This document shows positions 36,231 through 46,057 of a DNA stretch of 64,000 nucleotides, in pieces. The notes below the pieces were generated by a model that saw nothing but the letters and a program-made list of their open reading frames with translations, was not told the DNA's origin and searched no databases. Made by a program: the position numbers and the translations under genes. Position 1 is the first letter of the stretch, and every line of letters starts with the position of its first letter. Source of the stretch: a virus; the IMG/VR virus record IMGVR_UViG_2872278132_000003, positions 6,454 through 70,453 of that record; one strand, given 5' to 3'.

Positions 36231-37019
36231 ATGATGGCTGAGTCCGATTATACGCCCGCCAAAGGGCGCAAGACATGCAATCGCTGCGGTGAGTCGAAGG
36301 CTTTGCCGCACTTCTATCTAGACAAGCGACGCGGGACGTATCGGACCACGTGCAAGGCTTGCTTCTTGGCGAATCCTGCGCCGAATAGTGGCAAGCGGAC
36401 GGCAGAGCAGCGCGCGGCATACCGCAGAAAGACGGGCAAGGTAACGGTCGAATATGTGCCGCAGGCTGTAACACTCGCGCTGGCCGCAGAAAAGCGAGCC
36501 GCTCGGCATGATGCGCACGTAAGGGCTTGGCGCGCCGCAGTGGCACTCCGGAGGCATTGGAACAATCGGCGGGCGCATGCGGAGAGTTTGCATGACTCGC
36601 ACGTGAGAGTGTTCCGTAATGGGGTGTATAACTGGCGCGCTCGCTATAAGACCGATCCCGAGTTCGCCTTGAAAGAGCGGCTTCGCACGCAGGCGCGCAA
36701 GAAAGCAAAGCTGCATCCGAAGCTTGACGACTTGATGCGTGATGCGATCAACCGGAATGGCAATAGCATGACGGTCGCCGATGTATGCGGCTACACCATC
36801 AAGGAGTTGCGTGTGCACATCGAGCGACAGTTCAAAGGCGGGATGGATTGGAACGCATTCATGCGTGGCGACATCCACATAGATCACATCAGGCCGCAGC
36901 GTCTGTTCGATCTCTCGAACATCGATGAGGTGCGCGCGTGCTAGTCGCTGTCGAACCTGCGCCCGCTCTGGGCTGTGGACAGCCTGACGAAGGGCGGCAA
37001 GGCAGATGCCCTGCTGTAA
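36231..37019 (+). pseudogene. HNH-like endonuclease with in-frame TAG at 36942-36944
   Basis: IHIDHIRP...EVRAC*SLSNLRPLWAVDSLTKG; the HNH motif continues past the stop to TAA 37017-37019. Confidence 0.75.
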
Positions 37020-37029
37020 TAAAACCGCA

Positions 37030-37077
37030 AGGTACTTCCCGGCGACTTTAAACATCGCGGGCACTGCGCGCCGCGAT
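37030..37077 (+). other. Lambda-like cos site (cosQ + cosN; predicted 12-nt cohesive end GGCACTGCGCGC at 37060-37071)
   Basis: 12-mer flanked by the perfect dyad ATCGCG/CGCGAT; cosQ-like AGGTACT ends 23 nt upstream, as in lambda; immediately before terS. Confidence 0.75.
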
Positions 37078-37103
37078 CTTTTCCCAGCGACGAGTTCTAA
37101 AAA

Positions 37104-37712
37104 GTGTCCGCACTCAACGTTACCCAGCGCGAGTTCGCGAAGCTCGCCGGCTGCGATGAGAAGCAAGTTCGTCGCGCTGTCGCTTCCGGCAAACTCAAGC
37201 CAGACGCGGACGGTAAGCTAGACCCCGCCCTTGTTTCCTCTGGCTGGCGCAGGCCAATAAGATCGAGCAAGGCGGTTGCGGACAGTGCGGACATTTCGAA
37301 AGTGTCCGCAAAGAATGTCCGCAGTGAAACTGTCCGCACCGATCCCGGCGTCGATGCCGACGATTCGCCGGCCGAAGCCGCGGCAAAGCTCGTCATGGCG
37401 ATGGGCGCCACGCACGATCTGTCCGAAGCGATTCGGATCAAAGAGAACTTCAACGCGCTGCTCAAGCAGATCGAGTACGAGCAGAAATCTGGCTCAGTCG
37501 TCGACCTTGCCATTGCCCGAACTGTGCTTTTCGATTGCGCCCGCGCGGCGCGAGATTCCTGGATGAATTGGCCGATGCGAGTCGGTCCCAAAATTGCCGC
37601 CGACTTGGGGCTGGAGGCTGATCGAGTAACCGAGGTCTTGCTTGCGCATGTCCATACCCAAATCGCTGACCTCGGCGAACCCGATGACAACTTTGCTGAC
37701 CGACAAGGCTAG
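37104..37712 (+). CDS. Terminase small subunit
   Basis: N-terminal HTH TQREFAKLAGCDEKQVRRA; overlaps the large subunit. Confidence 0.75.
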   Translation: MSALNVTQREFAKLAGCDEKQVRRAVASGKLKPDADGKLDPALVSSGWRRPIRSSKAVADSADISKVSAKNVRSETVRTDPGVDADDSPAEAAAKLVMAMGATHDLSEAIRIKENFNALLKQIEYEQKSGSVVDLAIARTVLFDCARAARDSWMNWPMRVGPKIAADLGLEADRVTEVLLAHVHTQIADLGEPDDNFADRQG

Positions 37713-39774
37713 CCAACTCGCTCGAGACTTTCGCCGCGGCTGGACTCCTCCTCCGCGCATCAGCATTCCCGAATGGGCAGACCGGTATCGCAAGCTTGCC
37801 AAGGAAGCCGGCAGCACGTCGGGCAATTGGCGCACCTCCACTGTTGAGGCGGCACGCGGTCCGATGATGGCCGTCACGGAACCGGGCATCCACGTCATCA
37901 CCGTCATGGTGAGCACGCAGATGCTCAAGACGGCATTGCTCGAGAATATCTTCGGGTACTTCGCGCATCTGGACGCCTGCCCCATTCTGCTGATTCAGCC
38001 GAAGGACGAGGCGGCTGAGCAGTTCAGCAAGGAACGAATCGCCCCGTTGATCCGCAGCACTCCGGTCCTGCGTCAGATCATGGGCGCGAGCAAATCCCGC
38101 AACAGCGACGACACGCTGGGCTACAAGGCATTTCCCGGCGGGTTCCTGGCGCTGGTGAGTGCGGGCAGCCCGGACAACCTCGCGCGCCGACCGATCCGCG
38201 TGATCCTCGCCGACGAGATCGACAAATACCCTCCCCTGAAAGAAGGTGATTCGATCTTCATTGCCGAGGAGCGCACTGCGTCGTTCGGCGTGAACTGGCT
38301 ATCTGTTCGCGCCTGCTCGCCGACCTATTCGGGTGAGAGCCGGATTGAGAAGAGTTACAACGATTCGGACCAGCGACGAGCATCGATCGCCTGCCCGCAT
38401 TGCGGACATCGCCAGTTCCTGGACTTCTTCAAGCACGTCCACTGGGACAAGGACAAGGACGCGCAGGGAAACACGCTCGCGCACCGTCCGAAAACTGCGC
38501 GCATCGTGTGCGAATGCTGCGGGGCTGCGTGGTCAGAAGGCGATCGCCTGCATGCACTCAGCACAACGCGCTGGCATCAGACGCGGCCATTCGAATGCTG
38601 CGGGCATCGCCATGTCCCGCTAACCGATTACGACATCGCCTGGCAGGAACAAGACGAAGGCTCGGTCGATAAAGTTTGGAGCTGGTCGGAAAGTGATCGG
38701 CATGCCGTCTATTACGTCCATTGCCCGATTTGCGGTAAGCGCGGAATTGAGGGCGAGCACGCCGGATTTCAGGCGTCGAAGCTCTACAGTCCGTGGAGCA
38801 AGGACAAACCGTCTGATATCGCGGGAAAGTGGATCGCCGCACAGGGCGATGAAGAACAGTTGCAAGCGTGGTGGAACACGCAGATGGGCTTGCCGTACCG
38901 GCGCCACGTTGGTAAGGGTCTGAGCCCGGATGGCTTGCTCGCGCGCTGCGAGGTGTGGCCGTCCGAGGTTCCATATGGCGTTGGCGCGGTCACGGTTGGC
39001 GCCGACGTACAGCCAACTCGCGTGGAACTTGAAACGGTAGGCTGGGGACGCAATGAGGAATCCTGGTCACTCGATCATCATGTGATCGAAGGCGATCCCG
39101 AAACTCCTCAAGTGTGGGAGCGCGTCGACCAATATCTCAAGCGCATCTGGCGCCGCGCCGACGGCATGCCTTTCGAGGTCATGGCGGCCTGCATCGACTC
39201 TGGCGGCCACAACACCCAGAAGGTTTATGAGTTCGCCAAGGCCCGTTTGGGGCGGCGCATCTGGGCGATAAAGGGTTTGTCGGAGCGTAGCGGTGCGCGT
39301 GCTCCGATTTGGCCGACAAAGCGCCCGAGCAGCCGCAACAAGTCGTCATTTCGGCCGGTCGGCATCGGCACGAACGCAGCCAAGGACGTCATCTATGCGC
39401 GCCTGCGATACGAAGAGCCGGGGCCGGGCTATATGCACTTCCCGGCTGATCGTGACATCGGCTACTTCGCGCAGATGACCGCCGAAGTCTCAGTCATGAA
39501 GACATCGGGCGGCCATCGGTATCGAGTATGGGAACTGCCGAACGGCAAAGCCAACGAAGCGCTCGACTGTCGGGTGTACGCCTATGCCGCGCTTTGCGGT
39601 CTGATGCACTTCGGATTCAAGCTCAATAAGCGAGTTGACGACGTTGCGCCCTTGCAAAAGTACGAGGTGGTGATCGCCGAAGATCCGGCCGAATCGGGGC
39701 CCGCGCGTATCGATGGACCAGCCATCAGGACGCAGACCGCTACTAAAAAATCAATCGCGAGCAAGCTCGCCTAA
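37684..39774 (+). CDS. Terminase large subunit (lambda GpA family)
   Basis: PPPRISIPEWAD, STQMLKT, DEIDKYP, CSPT, CIDSGG, NEALDCRVYAYAA. Confidence 0.95.
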   Translation: MTTLLTDKASQLARDFRRGWTPPPRISIPEWADRYRKLAKEAGSTSGNWRTSTVEAARGPMMAVTEPGIHVITVMVSTQMLKTALLENIFGYFAHLDACPILLIQPKDEAAEQFSKERIAPLIRSTPVLRQIMGASKSRNSDDTLGYKAFPGGFLALVSAGSPDNLARRPIRVILADEIDKYPPLKEGDSIFIAEERTASFGVNWLSVRACSPTYSGESRIEKSYNDSDQRRASIACPHCGHRQFLDFFKHVHWDKDKDAQGNTLAHRPKTARIVCECCGAAWSEGDRLHALSTTRWHQTRPFECCGHRHVPLTDYDIAWQEQDEGSVDKVWSWSESDRHAVYYVHCPICGKRGIEGEHAGFQASKLYSPWSKDKPSDIAGKWIAAQGDEEQLQAWWNTQMGLPYRRHVGKGLSPDGLLARCEVWPSEVPYGVGAVTVGADVQPTRVELETVGWGRNEESWSLDHHVIEGDPETPQVWERVDQYLKRIWRRADGMPFEVMAACIDSGGHNTQKVYEFAKARLGRRIWAIKGLSERSGARAPIWPTKRPSSRNKSSFRPVGIGTNAAKDVIYARLRYEEPGPGYMHFPADRDIGYFAQMTAEVSVMKTSGGHRYRVWELPNGKANEALDCRVYAYAALCGLMHFGFKLNKRVDDVAPLQKYEVVIAEDPAESGPARIDGPAIRTQTATKKSIASKLA

Positions 39775-39782
39775 GGACTGTC

Positions 39783-40046
39783 GTGCGCTACAACCCGAAT
39801 CTCAGTGTCCTCGCCGGGATGACGCAAACGCAGTTACAGGCGGCACTCGCGGCGGCCCAGCAAGCCTATACCGATTTGATGACCGGCCAGAAGGTTGTCG
39901 ACGTCAGTTATGCGCAGGGCGATGGAAATAAGCATGTTCGATTCACTGAGGCGAACGTCCAAAACCTAGTCGCCTTCATTTCCGAAATTCGCACTCAGCT
40001 TGGTTTGCAACACCGGGCTCGCCGCCCGATCACATTCCGCTACTGA
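39783..40046 (+). CDS. Head-tail joining protein gpW
   Basis: AYTDLMTGQKVVDVSY...F..AN..L; lies between terminase and portal. Confidence 0.85.
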   Translation: MRYNPNLSVLAGMTQTQLQAALAAAQQAYTDLMTGQKVVDVSYAQGDGNKHVRFTEANVQNLVAFISEIRTQLGLQHRARRPITFRY

Positions 40047-41680
40047 TGTCCAATTCCGTCCAAATTCTCGACTCGAGCGGCAAACCGTTTGAGCCGAAGC
40101 GCTCGCGCGCCTCGATGCTGGTCGGAGGTGGGCATACGCCCTATGATGCCGCCGACATCTGGGGCTCGCATATGGCTGAGTGGCAGCCATATTTGTGGTC
40201 GCCCGATGGCGAGCTCAACGTCTATCGTGATCGCATTGTCTCGCGCATTCGGGACGTCGTTCGCAATGATGGCTGGGCTTCGGCCGCGGTCACTCGCACG
40301 ATTGACAACGTCATCGGCGCGGACTTTCGGCCGGTTGCGAAGCCGGATTGGATTGCTTTGCGGTCCATGACCGGTATCAAAGGATTCGATCACGTTTGGG
40401 CGGATGAATTCGCTCGAGCGGTCGAGGCTAACTATCGCGCATGGGCTTATGACCCCGGCCGCTATTGCGACACGCAGCGCAATCTGACAGTGCCCCAGAT
40501 GATGGCGCTCGCCTTTCGGCATAAATGCGTCGACGGCGATGCGCTTGGGATGATGCATTGGCGCCCGCAACGGATCGGCGTCGGCAAGGCGCGTTATGCG
40601 ACGGTGCTGCAGATCATCGACCCGGATCGCCTGTCGAATCCTCAACTACGCTTCGATCAGCAAACGATGCGCGGCGGCGTCGAGGTCGACGAAGACGGTG
40701 CCGCCGTCGCATATTGGATTCGCCGTGCGCACCAAGGGGACTGGTTCAGCGCGGAAAAGAGTCTGCACTGGGATCGAATTCTCCGTGAGACGGATTGGGG
40801 GCGTCCGATCATCGTTCATGACTTCGATCATGACCGGGCCGCGCAACACCGCGGCGGCGCCGGCATGCTCGCGCCGGTACTTCAGCGTCTCAAGATGCTG
40901 ATCAAGTATGACGGCACAGAACTTGATGCGGCGATTATTAACGCGATCTTCGCAGCCTATATCGAAAGCCCGTTCGATGATCAGTTGGTAGCCGAATCCT
41001 TGGATGACGGCGAGCATCTGATGACGTATCAGAATCATCGTCGCGAATTCCATGAAGAGCGCAAGCTCTCGATCGGCAATTCGCGCATGCCGCACCTGTT
41101 CCCCGGCGAGAAGATCGCAACCGTTGCTCCCGCGCGGCCGAACGGCAATTTCGCAGAGTTCGAAAGCGCCATGCTGCGGAACATTGCTGCCGGCACTGGC
41201 ACCTCGGCGCAGATGATCAGCCAGAACTGGGCGGACGTGAATTACTCGTCCTACCGGGCGGCAATGCTTGAGGTCTGGAAGACATTCCACCGTCGGCGCA
41301 CAAATTTCGCGATGGGATTCGGCCAGCCAGTCTGGTGCGCATTCCTCGAGGAGTCAATGTCGGTCGACGATGTTCCGTTGCCGGCCGGCGCCCCCGATTT
41401 CATGGAATGTCGAGTTGCATACTCGCGCGCTCGCTGGATGGGGCCGGGCCGCGGATATGTTGACCCCGTCAAAGAGAAGCAAGGCGCGATCATGGGCATG
41501 GATGCGGGTCTGTCCAATCTCGACAAGGAATCCGCCGAGCTTACGGGCGATGACTGGCGCGAGACGGTGTCGCAACGCGCTGTCGAGCGCCAATTCTTCA
41601 AGGAACTTGGCATGCCGATCCCTGAGGCTCTTTCTGGCGGCGACGCCTCCCAATCGAAAACTCCTCCGGAGGCCGAATGA
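40046..41680 (+). CDS. Portal protein (lambda family)
   Basis: RDVVRNDGWA, GGVEVDEDGAAVAYW, VNYSSYRAAMLE, GYVDPVKE. Confidence 0.95.
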   Translation: MSNSVQILDSSGKPFEPKRSRASMLVGGGHTPYDAADIWGSHMAEWQPYLWSPDGELNVYRDRIVSRIRDVVRNDGWASAAVTRTIDNVIGADFRPVAKPDWIALRSMTGIKGFDHVWADEFARAVEANYRAWAYDPGRYCDTQRNLTVPQMMALAFRHKCVDGDALGMMHWRPQRIGVGKARYATVLQIIDPDRLSNPQLRFDQQTMRGGVEVDEDGAAVAYWIRRAHQGDWFSAEKSLHWDRILRETDWGRPIIVHDFDHDRAAQHRGGAGMLAPVLQRLKMLIKYDGTELDAAIINAIFAAYIESPFDDQLVAESLDDGEHLMTYQNHRREFHEERKLSIGNSRMPHLFPGEKIATVAPARPNGNFAEFESAMLRNIAAGTGTSAQMISQNWADVNYSSYRAAMLEVWKTFHRRRTNFAMGFGQPVWCAFLEESMSVDDVPLPAGAPDFMECRVAYSRARWMGPGRGYVDPVKEKQGAIMGMDAGLSNLDKESAELTGDDWRETVSQRAVERQFFKELGMPIPEALSGGDASQSKTPPEAE

Positions 41681-42558
41681 ATCACCTACTGCCGCGGCTC
41701 GCGCAGCGCGCGTTCAACGTGCCGTGGGCACTCCATCCCACGAAGGCTGAGGTCATCCTCGCTGCGCTCGCGGATCGCATGGGCATCAGTCAGATGCTCC
41801 GCATGGACGGCTCCGTCGTCCCGAGGGCAATGGAGGATGACGAATACGGCTTTGCCGAGCCTGGTCGCAATCCACGCACCGGTTATGACATGGTCGGACC
41901 GATCGCCGTTATTCCGGTGCAAGGCACGCTAGTGCAGAAGCTCGGATGCCTCCGCCCGTGGTCGGGCATGTCAGGCTATGACGGCATCCGTCAAAACCTG
42001 TTTGCCGCACTGGGCGATCCCGCTGTCGAGGCGATCGTCTTCGATATCGACAGCCCGGGAGGCGAGGTCGCTGGATGCTTTGATCTGTGCGACGTGATCT
42101 ATAGCGCCCGTGGCCAAAAGCCGATGTGGTCGATTCTCAACGAATCTGCCTATAGCGCGGCATATGCCATTGCCAGCGCAACGGACCGCATCACGGTCCC
42201 GCGCACTGGTGGCGTGGGCAGCGTGGGTGTCATCTGCGCTCACGTTGACCTGAGCCAAGCGCTCACGACCGCCGGCGTCAAAGTGACTTTCATCACCTAC
42301 GGCGACCGCAAGGCCGACGGCCATTCTGAAATCCCCCTCTCCGACGAAGCGCGAGCGCGCTTTCAGGCAGATATCGACACGATGGGCGAACTGTTCGTTG
42401 AAACAGTCGCCCGCAACAGATCCATCGCGGCCGCCACGGTCCGTGACTGGCAAGCCTCGACGTTCATGGGCGACAAAGGTGTCGCTCTCGGACTCGCGGA
42501 TGAAGTGGCGGCACCCGACGCCGCGTTTCGGGCCCTGATCAAGCAGATCGGCTCCTAA
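41677..42558 (+). CDS. S49 prohead protease (lambda gpC-like)
   Basis: DIDSPGGEV, AYSAAYAIAS, GSVGV. Confidence 0.93.
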   Translation: MNHLLPRLAQRAFNVPWALHPTKAEVILAALADRMGISQMLRMDGSVVPRAMEDDEYGFAEPGRNPRTGYDMVGPIAVIPVQGTLVQKLGCLRPWSGMSGYDGIRQNLFAALGDPAVEAIVFDIDSPGGEVAGCFDLCDVIYSARGQKPMWSILNESAYSAAYAIASATDRITVPRTGGVGSVGVICAHVDLSQALTTAGVKVTFITYGDRKADGHSEIPLSDEARARFQADIDTMGELFVETVARNRSIAAATVRDWQASTFMGDKGVALGLADEVAAPDAAFRALIKQIGS

Positions 42559-42583
42559 ACCATCTCCCCAAGGAAGCACATAG

Positions 42584-43240
42584 ATGAGCAAGCTCACGAA
42601 GCTCGCGAGCGCGATGCCGTTCGCCCATTACCTCGGCCTTTCCGCAGCACGCATCGAAGAAAGCACCGAAGACGACGAGCGCAAGCAGCGCGACGGCGAG
42701 TCGGACGACGAGTATGCCAAGCGCATGGAAGATCTCGACGACGAAGAGGCGAAAAAAGCTGAGGAAGAAAAGAAGAATGAAGAAGAGGCCAAGAAAGCCG
42801 AAGAGGAAAAGCGCAAGGAAGAGGAAGCCAAGAAGGCGAAGCGCGCCGAAGACGGCAATGATGAAGACGGCGACGACGCCGATATGGAAGAGGATGATGA
42901 AGATGAAAAGCGCGAAGGTCGCGCTCAAGGTGCTCGTCAGCGCGAACGCATTCGTTGCGCCCGCATTCTCGCCGCTGGCATCAAGGCCGGCCGCGTGAAT
43001 CAGGCTTGTGTCTTTGCCTTCGACAGCAAGCTCTCGTCGTCGGCCGCCATTGCCGCTCTTGGTGCGGCAGACCTCGACGCCCCGAAGACCGCTGCGCGAC
43101 GGCCGTCGATCGACGAGCGCATGGCCGCAGTGAGGACCCCGAATCCCGGTGCGAATAGCGGCCCCGCACCGAGCGCCGATCCAGCCAAAGCAATGGCCGA
43201 TCGCATCGTTGCCGCTGGTGAGCGCATCGTTCGCAAATGA
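42584..43240 (+). CDS. Probable scaffolding protein
   Basis: E/K/D-rich coiled coil, GARQRERIRCARI; position. Confidence 0.7.
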   Translation: MSKLTKLASAMPFAHYLGLSAARIEESTEDDERKQRDGESDDEYAKRMEDLDDEEAKKAEEEKKNEEEAKKAEEEKRKEEEAKKAKRAEDGNDEDGDDADMEEDDEDEKREGRAQGARQRERIRCARILAAGIKAGRVNQACVFAFDSKLSSSAAIAALGAADLDAPKTAARRPSIDERMAAVRTPNPGANSGPAPSADPAKAMADRIVAAGERIVRK

Positions 43241-43283
43241 TGCCCGCCTAATTCGCATCCCCCTCAATATAAGGAGTAGTTAG

Positions 43284-44294
43284 ATGACGCTCAATGTCAG
43301 CACCATCGGCGAGAACCCGCAACTGCCCGGGATTACCGCCGAAACTTTCGTCCCGGATCAGCTTATCGCGGGCAACCTCAAGCTCGTTACGGATACGGTG
43401 ACGATTGCTGCCAACCAGGTTCTTCCGCGCGGTGCTCTGCTTGGCCAGAGCCTGCTTGGCACGGTCGCGGCCAGCACGGGCAAGACGTTCGCCAGCGGCA
43501 CCATCGCCGTGGCGGCGCTTCCGACTGCCGGTGACACCGTGACCATCGCTGGCACGGCCGTCACGTTCGTTGCTGCAAACCCTGTGGGCAATCAGGTTTT
43601 GATTAGCGCTACCGCTGCTGCTACCGCAGTGAACTTCGTCAACTTCCTGGTTGGCTCGAGCGACGCGAACCTCGTCAAATGCACGTACTCGCTCAGTGGC
43701 TCGACGATCACTGCAACGGCTGCTGCGATCGGTACGGGTGGTAACGCGATCACGCTCGCGACATCCGATAGTTCGGCCTTCACGCTGTCCGGCGCAACCC
43801 TTTCGGGCGGCACGGCCAACGCTGGCACCGCAACTGTTGGCAGCATTTCGGCCGGCCCGAACCTCAAGACCGGCAACTACACCGTCGTGCTGACGAGCGC
43901 TACGCAGGGCAACGTCTTCGATCCGACCGGCGATCAGCTCGGCGTTACGACGATGGGCACGGCGTTCACCGATTCGCAGATCACCTTCACGATCACGACG
44001 GGTGGCTCGCCTGCGGCCGGCGATCAGTTCGTGCTGACTGCTGCGCGCGGCAGCGGCGGATACGTACTCGCGACGGCTTCGGCAACGGACGGCAGCCAGA
44101 GCCCGACGGCGATCCTCGTCAACAATGTCGACACGACGCTCGGCGCGAAGACTGCGGGCGTCTATCTGATGGGCGAATTCAACGTGAACGCTATGACCTT
44201 CGGCGCCGGCATCACGGTCGCTGCGGCCAAAGCTGCGCTGCGTCCGCTCGATATCTTTCTCAAGAACGCGGTGTCCGCTGCGGACCCGAGCTAA
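43284..44294 (+). CDS. Head decoration protein with a large internal insertion
   Basis: N-terminal FVPDQLIAG...LPRGALLG and C-terminal [12 protein letters not shown]...VYLMGEFN flank a Thr/Ala/Gly-rich segment. Confidence 0.85.
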   Translation: MTLNVSTIGENPQLPGITAETFVPDQLIAGNLKLVTDTVTIAANQVLPRGALLGQSLLGTVAASTGKTFASGTIAVAALPTAGDTVTIAGTAVTFVAANPVGNQVLISATAAATAVNFVNFLVGSSDANLVKCTYSLSGSTITATAAAIGTGGNAITLATSDSSAFTLSGATLSGGTANAGTATVGSISAGPNLKTGNYTVVLTSATQGNVFDPTGDQLGVTTMGTAFTDSQITFTITTGGSPAAGDQFVLTAARGSGGYVLATASATDGSQSPTAILVNNVDTTLGAKTAGVYLMGEFNVNAMTFGAGITVAAAKAALRPLDIFLKNAVSAADPS

Positions 44295-44316
44295 CCCAAC
44301 CATTCGCAGCCTCGTG

Positions 44317-44346
44317 AAAGCCCCGCTCCGGCGGGGCTTTTTCTTT
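44317..44346 (+). terminator. Rho-independent terminator
   Basis: AAAGCCCCGC-TCCG-GCGGGGCTTTTTCTTT. Confidence 0.8.
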
Positions 44347-44378
44347 GGGCGCCCGGATTCCTCCTGGAGATCTAAACC

Positions 44379-45440
44379 GTGCTGATTTACGATACCAACA
44401 CCCTGATTCAGGTCGTCCCCAACCTGAAACTGGCCCAGCAATTCCTGCTGGACAAGTTTTTCCCGAACATCGTCACGTCGGACACCGAAAAGGTGTCGAT
44501 CGATATCGATGTCGGTAAGCGCCGGATGGCACCGTTCGTCTCGCCGCTGGTCGAAGGCAAGCTCGTCGAACAACGTCGCTACCAGACGAACGAATTCACG
44601 CCGGCCTACATCAAGGACAAGCGCGCGCCCGACCTGCTGAAGCCCGTCCGCCGTATGATCGGCGAGCGCATCGGCGGCGAACTGACCGGCGAAGAGCGCG
44701 AAATGGCAAACCTGTATGCCGAAATGGCCGATCAGGTGGACATCCTCAACCGCCGTCTTGAATGGATGGCTGCACAAGCTCTTTCCACGGGAACGGTGAC
44801 GGTTTCTGGCGAAGGCTATGAAACGGTTGTGGTCGATTTCGGCCGCGATGCATCGCTGACGGTCGCATTGACCGGGAATCAGACCTGGACGTCCGCGAAC
44901 GTCAAGGCCGACGGTACGGGAACTTCTAGCCCGTCGACCTACATCGACGCATGGCAGCGCCAGATTCTCAAAACGTCGGGCGCCAAGGTCACGGACATCA
45001 TCTTCACGACGAGTGCGTGGGAGGGCTTTAAGCTTGATCCGGCGCTGAAGGGCGCAATTTTGTTCCCGGCTCTCAGCCCGCTCGGTAACGTGATCAACCC
45101 GGGTGCACAAATCGAGCAAGGTGCCGTCTACATGGGTCACTGGGGCCAATATGATCTGTGGCTCTACAACGACTGGTATGTGAACGACAACAACCAGGAA
45201 GTGCCGATGCTGACTGACGGCACGGTCATCATGAGCGGCGCGAATCTGCTTGGCACGCGCGCGTTCGGCATGATCAAGGATCCGGCCTTCAACTATAGGG
45301 CGCTGCCGTATGCGCCGAAGACCTGGGTTTCGGAAGACCCGGCGCAGCGCTACATCATGATGCAGTCGTCCCCGATCGTGATTCCGAGCCGGGTCAACGC
45401 ATCGTTTGCTGCGACCGTCTGTCCGCCGGTCTATAGCTAA
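44379..45440 (+). CDS. Major capsid protein (lambda E family)
   Basis: FLLDKFF, RRMAPFVSPLVEG, RRLEWMAAQAL, MMQSSPIVIP. Confidence 0.93.
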   Translation: MLIYDTNTLIQVVPNLKLAQQFLLDKFFPNIVTSDTEKVSIDIDVGKRRMAPFVSPLVEGKLVEQRRYQTNEFTPAYIKDKRAPDLLKPVRRMIGERIGGELTGEEREMANLYAEMADQVDILNRRLEWMAAQALSTGTVTVSGEGYETVVVDFGRDASLTVALTGNQTWTSANVKADGTGTSSPSTYIDAWQRQILKTSGAKVTDIIFTTSAWEGFKLDPALKGAILFPALSPLGNVINPGAQIEQGAVYMGHWGQYDLWLYNDWYVNDNNQEVPMLTDGTVIMSGANLLGTRAFGMIKDPAFNYRALPYAPKTWVSEDPAQRYIMMQSSPIVIPSRVNASFAATVCPPVYS

Positions 45441-45721
45441 TGGCTGGCCCGCAGAAACGAGATTCCGGCGGTTCGCCGCCGCCGGATCGCGAATCCATTG
45501 CCGCGTCGGAATATGTCGTCGCGCGGGGGCGTTCTCTCATGGTCGACGGAAAGCTGCATGGCCCGGGTGCAGCAGTTTCTCTCCCGACGGACGAACTTGA
45601 TCACCTCCTTGCTGCTGGCTTCGTTTCTCGCTCGGAGCCGGAGCAATCGTCCGGCCCCGGCGTGCGCGTCGGCGGCTTGCAGATCAAGGGCGGTCGAAAA
45701 CCTGGCGCTACTGTCGCCTAA
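45440..45721 (+). CDS. Small head-associated protein
   Basis: Position after the capsid gene. Confidence 0.6.
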   Translation: MAGPQKRDSGGSPPPDRESIAASEYVVARGRSLMVDGKLHGPGAAVSLPTDELDHLLAAGFVSRSEPEQSSGPGVRVGGLQIKGGRKPGATVA

Positions 45722-45727
45722 ATTGTC

Positions 45728-46057
45728 ATGGTCGATTGGGACAAGCTAGTAATCGGCCCGCTGATGGGTGTTTTCGGTGAGGCGGTGACGTATCGCCCTT
45801 ATGGGAAGGCCGCATATCAGATCACTGGCGTTTTCGATGATGCATACCTCAAGGAAGTGATGTTCGAGGACGCATCGCAGGGCGTGACGGAAGTCAGCGC
45901 AGTGCTCGGCGTTCAACTGTCCCAGTTTGCCTCACCTCCATTTCAGAACGACCAACTATCCGTCGCGAGCGTCAACACGACTTTCATCGTTCGCGAAGTT
46001 CGCACGGATAGTCATGGCGGGGCCAAATTGATGCTGTCGAAAGTGAGTAGCCCATGA
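45728..46057 (+). CDS. Head-tail joining/closure protein
   Basis: VFGEAVTY...ITGVFD...DSHGGAKLML. Confidence 0.7.
   Translation: MVDWDKLVIGPLMGVFGEAVTYRPYGKAAYQITGVFDDAYLKEVMFEDASQGVTEVSAVLGVQLSQFASPPFQNDQLSVASVNTTFIVREVRTDSHGGAKLMLSKVSSP

Noticed and set aside
36942..36944. Amber recoding or suppression by a phage tRNA
   Set aside because: No CTA-anticodon tRNA is present, and TAG is used as a normal stop elsewhere (e.g. 26773, 52492).
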